From the IMG/VR virus record IMGVR_UViG_3300024502_000010, positions 124,001 to 188,000 of that record: DNA of 64,000 nt. The stretch is one strand, 5' to 3'. Positions 1-7,332 of the stretch are shown here, one piece after another. Below the pieces are notes generated by a model. The model had not been told where the DNA came from. It saw only the letters and a list, made by a program, of their open reading frames with translations, and made no database searches. How positions within the stretch are numbered: position 1 is the stretch's first letter; every line of letters begins with the position of its first letter. A program made the position numbers and the translations under genes.

Positions 1-42
1 GATATGTTGCCAATGTTACACCTCCATTGTATGTAAGGATAT

Positions 43-753
43 TTATTCAATAGTGATGGAAGGTGCATCAACACACTCAGAACACCCTTCACGAGACCAA
101 CCAAGTGCTTCAGACACTGCAGGAAACTGGCAAGTAAAGATGCAACGAACAAGTTCTGCAATTTCCATGTGTTCCTTCTGTGTACCATGAGCAGAACGAA
201 GATCAATATAATGAATCCATGACCTTACAGAACCGGTCATATAGAGTCTTGTAGGCGTCGCTAAGGGCAGTACAAACCTTGCACACTCCTTTGCCACACC
301 CTTCTCTAAAAGGCGGTTATAAAGGCGTAGAGACTGCTCAAAATGAACGCGGATATCTTCTGTCAGTGTCAGTTTCAGATAGTCGGGAATATCATCAATA
401 GAGTTCTGACGGTTCTTTGTATCTTGGCGGCGCAGTTCAGGCAGAGGAATAGTGCTATTCAGAAGATTTGTATCAGCATATCGTTGCGAAAATTCTTGAT
501 ATGTAAATGAACGATGGCGAAGAATCTGAGCTGCTAGTCCACGAGTAGTATTGATTTCAACAGTCATTGAAGCTTGTTCAAAGATACTCCAGTGTTGATG
601 TTGGATGCAATACTTGAGAAGACCAGAAAACTTATCATTATCCTGATTAGCAGGATTACTTACCCGAGCACAATATGCCATATGCTTTTCTGCATCGGGA
701 GTAACACTAATGAGTTTTACTTCTGGTTTCATAAACTCAAAATCATCGTACAT
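43..753 (-). CDS. thyX: FAD-dependent thymidylate synthase ThyX
   Basis: ThyX signature RHRSFTYQEFSQRY, plus HWSIFE and EISARFVLP-like ECARFVLP; ATG at 753 or 732 is more likely than the track start at 795. Confidence 0.95.
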   Translation of the reverse strand: MYDDFEFMKPEVKLISVTPDAEKHMAYCARVSNPANQDNDKFSGLLKYCIQHQHWSIFEQASMTVEINTTRGLAAQILRHRSFTYQEFSQRYADTNLLNSTIPLPELRRQDTKNRQNSIDDIPDYLKLTLTEDIRVHFEQSLRLYNRLLEKGVAKECARFVLPLATPTRLYMTGSVRSWIHYIDLRSAHGTQKEHMEIAELVRCIFTCQFPAVSEALGWSREGCSECVDAPSITIE

Positions 754-922
754 CGTATTCATCTTCCTCGTCATAAAATACTTCGTCGTAGTCACTTAAA
801 AAATTTTTAATTTCTTCATAGACAGGATCTTTAACCTCAGTCTCAGGTTCAATCTCTGCTTTTAAACAATCTACCAGAGACTCAAGGTTTCTGACAATAA
901 GTTTAAGTTTTTCTCTATCCAT
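743..922 (-). CDS. 59-aa hypothetical protein with acidic tail (MDREKLKLIVRNLESLV...)
   Basis: ORF read by hand; lies just downstream of a sigma70 promoter and overlaps the thyX start. Confidence 0.7.
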   Translation of the reverse strand: MDREKLKLIVRNLESLVDCLKAEIEPETEVKDPVYEEIKNFLSDYDEVFYDEEDEYDVR

Positions 923-944
923 TTTTTATAAACCTCGACAAAGG

Positions 945-974
945 TATTATAGACAAAAAAAGAGGTGGAGTCAA
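945..974 (-). promoter_or_regulatory. sigma70-type early promoter
   Basis: TTGACT-N18-TATAAT, overlapping a terminator hairpin. Confidence 0.7.
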
Positions 975-985
975 GTCCACCTCTT
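954..985 (-). terminator. Rho-independent terminator
   Basis: AAGAGGTGGAC-TTGA-CTCCACCTCT hairpin followed by a T-run. Confidence 0.8.
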
Positions 986-988
986 AAG

Positions 989-1087
989 TCATTTTGCTGC
1001 TACCAGAGTAGCAAGAGATGCTTTTTGACGCCTCTCTTCTTTTTGTTTTTGTTCTTTAATGAGTTGAAGAAAGTTTAGTTTTTTCAT
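989..1087 (-). CDS. 32-aa basic peptide (MKKLNFLQLIKEQKQKEERRQKASLATLVAAK)
   Basis: ORF read by hand; start overlaps the upstream stop (GTGATG) and it ends just before the terminator. Confidence 0.6.
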   Translation of the reverse strand: MKKLNFLQLIKEQKQKEERRQKASLATLVAAK

Positions 1088-1224
1088 CACTTATGCCCCT
1101 CCTTTACAAACTTAACACCACGATAGTTTTCGTTATACTGTTGGGGTTGTTGCATCATTTGCTGTTGATACTCAAGACGCTTTTGCTTGTCGTATTCAAC
1201 ACCGCGATAAACTACTTTTGACAT
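1087..1224 (-). CDS. DUF4278-like small protein, 45 aa
   Basis: MSKVVYRGVEYD...YRGVKFVK with two YRGV motifs; strong SD AAGGAGA; lies downstream of a glnA-type RNA. Confidence 0.85.
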   Translation of the reverse strand: MSKVVYRGVEYDKQKRLEYQQQMMQQPQQYNENYRGVKFVKEGHK

Positions 1225-1254
1225 TAGGTTTTCTCCTTAGTTTTTAGGTTAAAG

Positions 1255-1310
1255 AGCGTTCCTTCAGTCGGCGTTTCCGTTCGCTATTTGCGAATAGCGA
1301 ATGAACGAAT
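1255..1310 (-). ncRNA. glutamine riboswitch aptamer (glnA motif), second of a tandem pair
   Basis: CGUUCA-[P2 UUCGCUAUU/AAUAGCGAA]-CGGAAACGCCGACUGAAGGAACGC; P1 is CGUUC/GAACG; DUF4278 gene downstream. Confidence 0.75.
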
Positions 1311-1562
1311 TGCGTTCCGCGTCGGCTTACTTCCGTCCTATTAGGTTTTAGCACTTTACTATGAAATCCTTTCGGAGTTCTAATAACAATCGGTCCTCTA
1401 TCTTTTGAATTACTACATCGTCGTTTTTAACGATGTCCATTAGTTCCATCGCGGTGTCGCAAGAAACTGCAACCTGTTGGATGCTAGATGCTTGTGGCGC
1501 TGAAACGAAGAGGAAAGGAACCCATGCTAAAAGCAAGAGTGCTTTAGTCATAGGATGAACGG
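1311..1562 (-). ncRNA. split glutamine riboswitch aptamer (first of the pair) with an ORF in its P2 loop
   Basis: 5' half CCGUUCAUCCUAU (1550-1562) and 3' half AUAGGACGGAAGUAAGCCGACGCGGAACGC (1312-1341); P2 UCCUAU/AUAGGA is a perfect 6-bp stem. Confidence 0.65.
1348..1551 (-). CDS. 67-aa hypothetical protein with signal-peptide-like N-terminus and two Cys
   Basis: ORF track; hydrophobic N-terminus MTKALLLLAWVPFLFVSA; no SD sequence. Confidence 0.7.
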   Translation of the reverse strand: MTKALLLLAWVPFLFVSAPQASSIQQVAVSCDTAMELMDIVKNDDVVIQKIEDRLLLELRKDFIVKC

Positions 1563-1608
1563 TAGAGGATTATTATACCTCTATTCAACTTATATAGGAA
1601 GTTTTGTG

Positions 1609-1624
1609 TGTATTTCCTGATACA
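1609..1624 (-). promoter_or_regulatory. NtcA-binding site
   Basis: Perfect TGTA-N8-TACA (TGTATCAGGAAATACA) upstream of a TATAAT box at 1572-1577. Confidence 0.65.
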
Positions 1625-1629
1625 GTTTT

Positions 1630-1956
1630 CTATCTCTCAATATAACTTAATGTATGATTGGTAGCATAAAGTTGTTGGATAATAATATCACATCCAATCT
1701 TTGGATTACAATCACCACAAGTATAAACATCAACTGCTGCCTTACCTTCTTCTGGCCATGTATGAATGCTGATGTGACTTTCGGACAACAAGCATATTAC
1801 AGTAACTCCTTGTGGTTCAAACTTTTTTGAAATTGTTTGAACCACAGTAGCGCCGCTCGCTGCTGCCGCGTTTTCCAATAAGTCTATAAGACAACGCTCG
1901 TCGTCCAAAAGGACAAACGAGCATCCATACAAATTAAGTAGGTAATGCTTCCCCAT
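1630..1956 (-). CDS. speD: S-adenosylmethionine decarboxylase proenzyme
   Basis: LLSESHISIHTWPE self-cleavage motif; DVYTCG. Confidence 0.95.
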   Translation of the reverse strand: MGKHYLLNLYGCSFVLLDDERCLIDLLENAAAASGATVVQTISKKFEPQGVTVICLLSESHISIHTWPEEGKAAVDVYTCGDCNPKIGCDIIIQQLYATNHTLSYIER

Positions 1957-2168
1957 TACAACGGATTCTCCTCTGCTTCTTTAATTAATGAACTCACAAT
2001 ATCTTCTGTGCCATCCATTGTTTTGATAGCATACAGAGATGATTTCTTATATTTTTTAATTTTCTTATATTGTTTTAAAACTATGTCTATATTATCTAAG
2101 TCAATAGTAATTTTGGCATCTTTACCAATTCTATTTTCTTTTCCTTGACCACCAAATCCTGCGCTCAT
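1956..2168 (-). CDS. hypothetical protein
   Basis: ORF track; translationally coupled to its neighbours. Confidence 0.7.
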   Translation of the reverse strand: MSAGFGGQGKENRIGKDAKITIDLDNIDIVLKQYKKIKKYKKSSLYAIKTMDGTEDIVSSLIKEAEENPL

Positions 2169-2518
2169 TTTTTCTTCTTTTTCTCAGGTTGTTTGTATCC
2201 CCAAAGTTTTGGATTGGTTCTACCATATCCAAAATCAATCTTTTTAACAGCACCTGGACCATACTTGTCATAGTACATATCAAAAAGATTTACTCGTTTA
2301 GGGCAACGAGTCAAATCAATATATTCTTCACCATCAACAAGATACCAAATTAAATATGCATCATTGGGTAGAGAAGAATCTTTTGCTTTTTCTACAGTAG
2401 TTTTTTCTAAAATAATTTCGCATCCATATTCATATGGCAGAACTTTATTAATCTTAGTCTTATTTTCTGCCATTTTACTTTTTTCTCCTACCGCTGTACT
2501 CATGAACGACCCCCCCAT
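2165..2518 (-). CDS. hypothetical cyanophage protein
   Basis: ORF track; coupled overlap. Confidence 0.75.
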   Translation of the reverse strand: MGGSFMSTAVGEKSKMAENKTKINKVLPYEYGCEIILEKTTVEKAKDSSLPNDAYLIWYLVDGEEYIDLTRCPKRVNLFDMYYDKYGPGAVKKIDFGYGRTNPKLWGYKQPEKKKKK

Positions 2519-3093
2519 TGAATATCGGAGTAGGCTTCGGAAACAATTTCTTTAGTTATTTTATATTTAGTTTCAAGTCTTTTATCTTTTGTTAGAACTA
2601 AAACTTCCGCTTCTTTAGGATGAAGTCCCTCCAAAATATTAATGAACATGGTTTCTCTACGAAGAGAACTTAGTGTATCATTGCCACCTTTTACAAAGTT
2701 ATAGAACATATGATACTCTCTTCGGATAGAAGACTTCCCTTGGTCCATAGATCCAAGAGAATTGGAGTCTAACTCATCCATTTTAGAAACTGCATCATTA
2801 ATTTTTCCACTTAGAGTTCCACTGTAAGAGGTTTGTTCTCCAGTGCTTGCATATGGAACATCACCTTCAGGAAGCAGTGAAATCACAGTATCATCAAAAT
2901 TCCAAATAAAAATTGCTTTTAGGGAATCATGTTCATAAGTTTTAAGAACTTCCACTTTCTTTGCATTACTTCTTTGCTTTGATGTAAGCTCTAAAATCTC
3001 AAATATAAAAGGATTTGTGGGAAGAGTTTCAATCGGTTTTTCAGTCGTCGCTTTCTTCGTCTTCGTCGTAGTCATAATCGTAATCGTTTTCAA
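2500..3093 (-). CDS. conserved T4-like cyanophage hypothetical protein
   Basis: ORF track; RRETMFINILEGLHPKEAE motif. Confidence 0.8.
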   Translation of the reverse strand: MKTITIMTTTKTKKATTEKPIETLPTNPFIFEILELTSKQRSNAKKVEVLKTYEHDSLKAIFIWNFDDTVISLLPEGDVPYASTGEQTSYSGTLSGKINDAVSKMDELDSNSLGSMDQGKSSIRREYHMFYNFVKGGNDTLSSLRRETMFINILEGLHPKEAEVLVLTKDKRLETKYKITKEIVSEAYSDIQWGGRS

Positions 3094-3274
3094 ATCGTAC
3101 AGATACTATTTCGTCAGGAATCACCTGCCCATTTTCATCAAAGAACTCTGGATGTAAATATGGAGGTTTTGACTCCAACAAATGCCTATAAGTTAACCAA
3201 CCTATTATACCTCCTACCATAAAAAAGAGCAATGTGAACATTGTAACGAATGTTATTACATATGCTGTTTCCAT
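3041..3274 (-). CDS. small membrane protein
   Basis: N-terminal TM helix; PYLHPEFFDENG motif; acidic tail. Confidence 0.75.
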   Translation of the reverse strand: METAYVITFVTMFTLLFFMVGGIIGWLTYRHLLESKPPYLHPEFFDENGQVIPDEIVSVRFENDYDYDYDEDEESDD

Positions 3275-3292
3275 TTTTCTTCTCCAGAGAGT

Positions 3293-3523
3293 TTATTTTT
3301 TCCTAATATCAAAATGAAATTCTATAAAGAAATGAAACTCTCTACGGAAGAGAGAAATCATTTTACCAAACTTCACTTGAAAAGTCTTTGGCGTTGATGA
3401 TTTTCTCCTCCTATTGCGTAGTAATAATTCAACACCCCTATTAATTTGAGGTTCTGACTTATTTAGTTTGCTTCTTTCTCCTTCCTGGTCTTTTGTCATG
3501 ATTATATCTCCAGGCATCTTCAA
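3293..3523 (-). CDS. hypothetical protein
   Basis: ORF track; INRGVELLLR motif. Confidence 0.65.
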   Translation of the reverse strand: MKMPGDIIMTKDQEGERSKLNKSEPQINRGVELLLRNRRRKSSTPKTFQVKFGKMISLFRREFHFFIEFHFDIRKK

Positions 3524-3863
3524 GAATACCGTAAAGGTAATTTCTTATTTTTCTTGCTTGTGGTTTTGGAATATGTCCATATCCTTCACGAAGTTGTTTA
3601 TGAATCTCATCTGATCCACCCTCAAGATAATCATCCAAATCCATTACAAGATTACTCAGCTCGTGTGCTGTATTACTTTCAATAAATTGTTCAACCTCTA
3701 CTTTTTTAGTTCCACGAACTTTTAGATAATCATAAAAACTCAAAACAAATTGACCATTGAAAGCATAATCAATTGCTTTTTCTACATCGTTACAAACTTC
3801 GTGAATGGTGTTTTCCATTAAACTAGATTTTGCTCCTTTAGATATTGAACAGTATCGGTGCAT
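3459..3863 (-). CDS. hypothetical protein
   Basis: ORF track; true start probably MENTIHEV. Confidence 0.75.
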   Translation of the reverse strand: MHRYCSISKGAKSSLMENTIHEVCNDVEKAIDYAFNGQFVLSFYDYLKVRGTKKVEVEQFIESNTAHELSNLVMDLDDYLEGGSDEIHKQLREGYGHIPKPQARKIRNYLYGILEDAWRYNHDKRPGRRKKQTK

Positions 3864-4054
3864 CCACCAATGTGTTGGTCATTTACAATCACTTGAGGAA
3901 AGGTAGATCCCTCTCCGAATTCTGAATAAAATTCTTCTCTACTAAAATCACTATTCAATTTGTAGACTACATGTTGCAGTTGTGCCAACTCTAGCACCTG
4001 TTGAACTTTTGTGCAATATGGGCAACCATCTTTTGAATAAACTGTGAACTTCAT
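3818..4054 (-). CDS. nrdC: glutaredoxin
   Basis: CPYC active site, TFPQV and IGG motifs; start at MKFTVY. Confidence 0.92.
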   Translation of the reverse strand: MKFTVYSKDGCPYCTKVQQVLELAQLQHVVYKLNSDFSREEFYSEFGEGSTFPQVIVNDQHIGGCTDTVQYLKEQNLV

Positions 4055-4182
4055 TTTTTTCTGCAATTTTGTGGAATATTTATAGAAGATTTATTATAAG
4101 TCTTTACTGGTGGTCTGTAAAGTCCAGGCCATGTATCACGAATAATTTCTGCGAGTTTGTATGGTGTTGTAGAAGTTATCAT
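4051..4182 (-). CDS. 43-aa hypothetical peptide (MITSTTPYKLAEIIRDTWPGLYRPP...)
   Basis: ORF read by hand; ATGA overlaps at both ends. Confidence 0.55.
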   Translation of the reverse strand: MITSTTPYKLAEIIRDTWPGLYRPPVKTYNKSSINIPQNCRKK

Positions 4183-4253
4183 AAGTCCTGCATAACAGAT
4201 AATATAAACATTAGGATTCCAAAAAGTTGGAAGAGAACTAAGATGAGAAGCAT
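4179..4253 (-). CDS. 24-aa hydrophobic micropeptide (MLLILVLFQLFGILMFILSVMQDL)
   Basis: ORF read by hand; coupled to the next ORF. Confidence 0.4.
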   Translation of the reverse strand: MLLILVLFQLFGILMFILSVMQDL

Positions 4254-4807
4254 TTGAGGTTTTCTACTAGGAGTTCTAATTCTTGTAGGGATGCGTCCCA
4301 TTTTAGGGCATTCGCTCTTGAAGATATAACCCAAATATTATCGGGGGTATATCCTTTACCAGGAACCTTTTGATCTAAACTAGGATTTCTTGGATCTCTT
4401 TTATCATTAGTAGATACAAGAGGTATTCCAAGTAAAGGACAAGTTTCTGGAATAATAATATCATCTATAGTTATACTAAATGGAATACCCTTTCTTTTTG
4501 CCCTATGTTGAGCATTATGAAACATACTATATCTTCTATCGTCTTTTTTTAATTCACCTTCTGGTTTCTTTTTAGTTTTATTAAAAGCAATAGTAGTTTC
4601 TCTCCTAACACACCCACAACTAGTAGTTGAACCATTCATAAGACCATATCTCTCGCAAGTTTTTTCTCCACCACATTCACATTTACAAGTTGAATAAACT
4701 CTATTCTTCCCACTCTTAAAGACTACTTCTTCTTTCAGGACAGTAAGTTTTCCAAATTTTTTACCAATCAAAGCACCACAAGGTTTTGATTTATTATTTA
4801 AGGGCAT
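4238..4807 (-). CDS. free-standing HNH-family homing endonuclease
   Basis: N-terminal GKKFGKLTV...CKCECG...TTSCGC module; C-terminal CPLLG..SLDQKVP..GY...NIWVIS.RAN..K nuclease core. Confidence 0.8.
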   Translation of the reverse strand: MPLNNKSKPCGALIGKKFGKLTVLKEEVVFKSGKNRVYSTCKCECGGEKTCERYGLMNGSTTSCGCVRRETTIAFNKTKKKPEGELKKDDRRYSMFHNAQHRAKRKGIPFSITIDDIIIPETCPLLGIPLVSTNDKRDPRNPSLDQKVPGKGYTPDNIWVISSRANALKWDASLQELELLVENLKCFSS

Positions 4808-4900
4808 TATCCTAACTTTGAATATCTATTATTATTTATATTTTATCATACTTTGGGTCTTATGTAAATAAAAAAGACCCCAACAATGAGGTCTTTAAAA

Positions 4901-5962
4901 TCAAAGTGCGTTGCCCCGAGGCAAAACTTCCTCTGGAAAAACAAAATTTTCATGTGGTTGGTCTACGGGAGCCATCCAAGCACGAAGCCCTTCGTTAAGA
5001 AGTATATTCTTCGTGTAGAAAGTTTCGTATTCCGGATTGACGGCTGCTTCAATCTCCTGACTAACAAAGTCGTAAGCACGAAGATTGAGAGCAAGACCGA
5101 TAATCCCGATAGAAGATGTCCAGAGACCCATGACGGGAACAAAGAGCATAAAGAAATGTAACCAACGCTTGTTACTAAAAGCAATTCCAAAGATTTGCGA
5201 CCAGAAACGGTTAGCAGTAACCATTGAATAGGTTTCTTCCTCTTGTGTTGGTTCGAATGCCTTGAATGTATTTGCTTGATCACTATCTTCAAATAGTGTG
5301 TTTTCTACAGTTGCTCCGTGAATAGCACAGAGCAGTGCTCCACCCAGTATACCAGCAACACCCATCATATGAAATGGGTTAAGAGTCCAGTTGTGAAAAC
5401 CCTGAAGGAACAGAAGGAACCTGAAGATAGCAGCAACACCAAAGGAAGGTGCAAAGAACCAACTGGATTGACCCAGAGGGTACATCAGGAAGACGCTCAC
5501 AAACACTGCGATGGGACCAGAGAATGCAATTGCGTTGTAAGGACGGATGCCTACCAGTCGTGAGATCTCAAACTGGCGAAGCATAAATCCGATCAGACTA
5601 AAGGCCCCGTGGAGCGCCACAAAAGTCCATAGTCCCCCAAGTTGGAACCACCTGACGATATCCCCTTGAGCCTCAGGACCCCAGAGCAGAAGAAGAGAAT
5701 GACCCATAGAATCTGCTGGAGTACTAACTGCTGCAGTAAGAAAGTTTGCACCCTCAAGATAGGAACTCGCAAGCCCGTGAGTATACCAACTCGTGACGAA
5801 AGTTGTCCCAGTAATCCAACCACCAAGAGCAAGATAAGCAGTGGGAAAAAGAAGAAGTCCAGACCAGCCAACAAAAACGAAACGGTCTCTTTTAAGCCAG
5901 TCATCGAGTACATCAAACCATCCTCGTTGTTGAATAGGTTGTGAAAGTGTAGAAGAAGTCAT
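4901..5962 (-). CDS. psbD: photosystem II D2 protein
   Basis: Near-identical to D2 ([14 protein letters not shown]...[10 protein letters not shown]); no intron. Confidence 0.99.
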   Translation of the reverse strand: MTSSTLSQPIQQRGWFDVLDDWLKRDRFVFVGWSGLLLFPTAYLALGGWITGTTFVTSWYTHGLASSYLEGANFLTAAVSTPADSMGHSLLLLWGPEAQGDIVRWFQLGGLWTFVALHGAFSLIGFMLRQFEISRLVGIRPYNAIAFSGPIAVFVSVFLMYPLGQSSWFFAPSFGVAAIFRFLLFLQGFHNWTLNPFHMMGVAGILGGALLCAIHGATVENTLFEDSDQANTFKAFEPTQEEETYSMVTANRFWSQIFGIAFSNKRWLHFFMLFVPVMGLWTSSIGIIGLALNLRAYDFVSQEIEAAVNPEYETFYTKNILLNEGLRAWMAPVDQPHENFVFPEEVLPRGNAL

Positions 5963-5983
5963 AACCTCCTTAGTTATTTCTCA

Positions 5984-6017
5984 TATTTATCTTAACATTC
6001 CTTAACAAAGTAGTCAA
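5984..6017 (-). promoter_or_regulatory. psbD promoter (sigma70 plus T4-late box) with 10-bp direct repeats
   Basis: TTGACT-N17-TAAGAT; TAAATA; CTTAACATTC/CTTAACAAAG repeat between -35 and -10. Confidence 0.55.
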
Positions 6018-6030
6018 TGAGTGTTTGTGC

Positions 6031-6153
6031 TTATCCCCAATACATCTGACCGAGAGTGAATAAGACAAATACAAGAACTGTAAATACCATCATACCTACA
6101 CCTGCCCAGATGATCCAGGGTTCCATAGGATGATGTTGATTATTATGAGACAT
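6031..6153 (-). CDS. 40-aa single-pass membrane peptide (MSHNNQHHPMEPWIIWAGVGMMVFTVLVFVLFTLGQMYWG)
   Basis: ORF read by hand; clean TM helix; directly upstream of the psbD promoter. Confidence 0.6.
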   Translation of the reverse strand: MSHNNQHHPMEPWIIWAGVGMMVFTVLVFVLFTLGQMYWG

Positions 6154-6179
6154 AAAAAAAGAGGGTTGTTACACCCTCT
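6154..6179 (-). terminator. Rho-independent terminator
   Basis: AGAGGGT-GTAACA-ACCCTCT followed by T7. Confidence 0.8.
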
Positions 6180-6201
6180 AATTATATCAGTTATTCAGTT
6201 G

Positions 6202-6246
6202 TTATCAACCAATTGAAGGTGCAGTGAGAGCAACAGGAGTTGCTTC
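6202..6246 (-). pseudogene. psbA: orphan 3' end of a second psbA allele
   Basis: GAA GCA ACT CCT GTT GCT CTC ACT GCA CCT TCA ATT GGT TGA TAA = [13 protein letters not shown], matching the D1 C-terminus. Confidence 0.85.
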
Positions 6247-6276
6247 AGAAAACTGAGGATAGGTTTTTATTATTAC

Positions 6277-6304
6277 TTGACTTTTTGATAATTTATGATA
6301 TAGT
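6277..6304 (+). promoter_or_regulatory. sigma70 promoter with extended -10
   Basis: TTGACT-N16-(TGa)TATAGT. Confidence 0.6.
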
Positions 6305-6346
6305 TTCTTAGTGGAAACACACATCACACACATTAGGAGAATATCT

Positions 6347-6550
6347 ATGACACCTTATGAACTTCGATTTGAAATCTTTAAGCAAGCATATAATATGCTT
6401 AATGACCAGTTTAGCATGGAATATGATACTGCTGTTCGTTGGAATGAAGATGAGAACAAAAAAGTAGCAATGGATTATCCAGAGTTTCCAACACTTAATC
6501 AAGTTCTAGAACAAGCAGAAATCATTAATGATTTTGTAAGTTCCAAATAA
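6347..6550 (+). CDS. 67-aa hypothetical protein (MTPYELRFEIFKQAY...)
   Basis: Own promoter, SD AGGAGA and a downstream terminator. Confidence 0.8.
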   Translation: MTPYELRFEIFKQAYNMLNDQFSMEYDTAVRWNEDENKKVAMDYPEFPTLNQVLEQAEIINDFVSSK

Positions 6551-6554
6551 AGTT

Positions 6555-6582
6555 AAAGGAGGGTTTTATCCCTCCTTTTTTA
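6555..6582. terminator. bidirectional terminator
   Basis: AAAGGAGGG-TTTTAT-CCCTCCTTT followed by a T-run, between convergent genes. Confidence 0.8.
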
Positions 6583-7317
6583 TTATCTTTTGTTTCTATT
6601 ATAAGTTGCTCTTACAGCATCAAAAGATACTCTATCCTTTTCCTTTTCATCATCGGGAAGATTTGAATATGATGTATTAGCAAGTTTTGCTCTTCTTTGT
6701 TTCTTTTCTGGTGTTTGGTCTGTACTTGTTTTAGCAGTTCTTGCCCAACCCTGATGAACTGCATCAGCACCTGCTTCTCTTGAAGTTCCACTACCACTTC
6801 TTTCACCTCTTCTAATAGCACGAAGGGCAGCGGCAGCAGATGAACGATTTGCTGCTCTACCGAAAGAACGCTTATCACCAGATGCTCTACCATATCCATA
6901 TCTTTTATCTAATGCAGCATCAGATGCTTTCTCATAAGGACTATCCTCTCTTTCTATAATATTGTCTCTCCACTCTTCACTCATATTCACCATAATTGCT
7001 TCTGCTGCTTGTTGAGTATCAGCATATCCTTCATCAAGTAAGTGTGAAAGAATTAGATCGTAAACATCTACTTCTTCTTTTGCTAAATCAGAATCGACAC
7101 GAACATTTGAACCTGTTCTTACATTTCTTCTTGCTGCTGCCTGATGAGCGCGGCGTCTTGCCATCCAAGCACCACTTATACCACCACTATCTACATCTTG
7201 TGCATCTCTCTTTCTTAACATTCCTTTGACTTTTCTATCAGAGATTTCATCCAGTTGCTGATTTTCAACAACTTCCATATATGCTTCTTGAAGATTGCGA
7301 AGTTCTTGTGCGTCCAT
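6583..7317 (-). CDS. late modular hypothetical protein (cyanophage LLDEGYA-module family)
   Basis: Late box CTAAATA upstream; module YDLILSHLLDEGYADTQQAAEAIMVNMSEEWR shared with the 63027 ORF. Confidence 0.8.
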   Translation of the reverse strand: MDAQELRNLQEAYMEVVENQQLDEISDRKVKGMLRKRDAQDVDSGGISGAWMARRRAHQAAARRNVRTGSNVRVDSDLAKEEVDVYDLILSHLLDEGYADTQQAAEAIMVNMSEEWRDNIIEREDSPYEKASDAALDKRYGYGRASGDKRSFGRAANRSSAAAALRAIRRGERSGSGTSREAGADAVHQGWARTAKTSTDQTPEKKQRRAKLANTSYSNLPDDEKEKDRVSFDAVRATYNRNKR

Positions 7318-7332
7318 TTTTATGAATACTTT

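Noticed and set aside
989-1087. gifA/IF7 call for the 32-aa peptide
   Set aside because: The context is suggestive but there is no recognisable sequence similarity to IF7 or IF17
4100-4240. A psbD 3' remnant downstream of the psbD-linked HNH gene
   Set aside because: Looked for it by analogy with psbA and found none; only two micro-ORFs are present
4886-5944. Several 80-110 aa ORFs antisense or out of frame to psbD (and likewise over psbA, nrdA, ahcY, gnd and the porin gene)
   Set aside because: Shadow ORFs of strongly biased coding sequence; no RBS or recognisable motifs
6205-6324. 39-aa ORF (MCVSTKK...[13 protein letters not shown]) that could make the psbA remnant a real gene
   Set aside because: No RBS; its 5' part is the antisense of the promoter for the 6347 gene; best explained as a chance in-frame ATG
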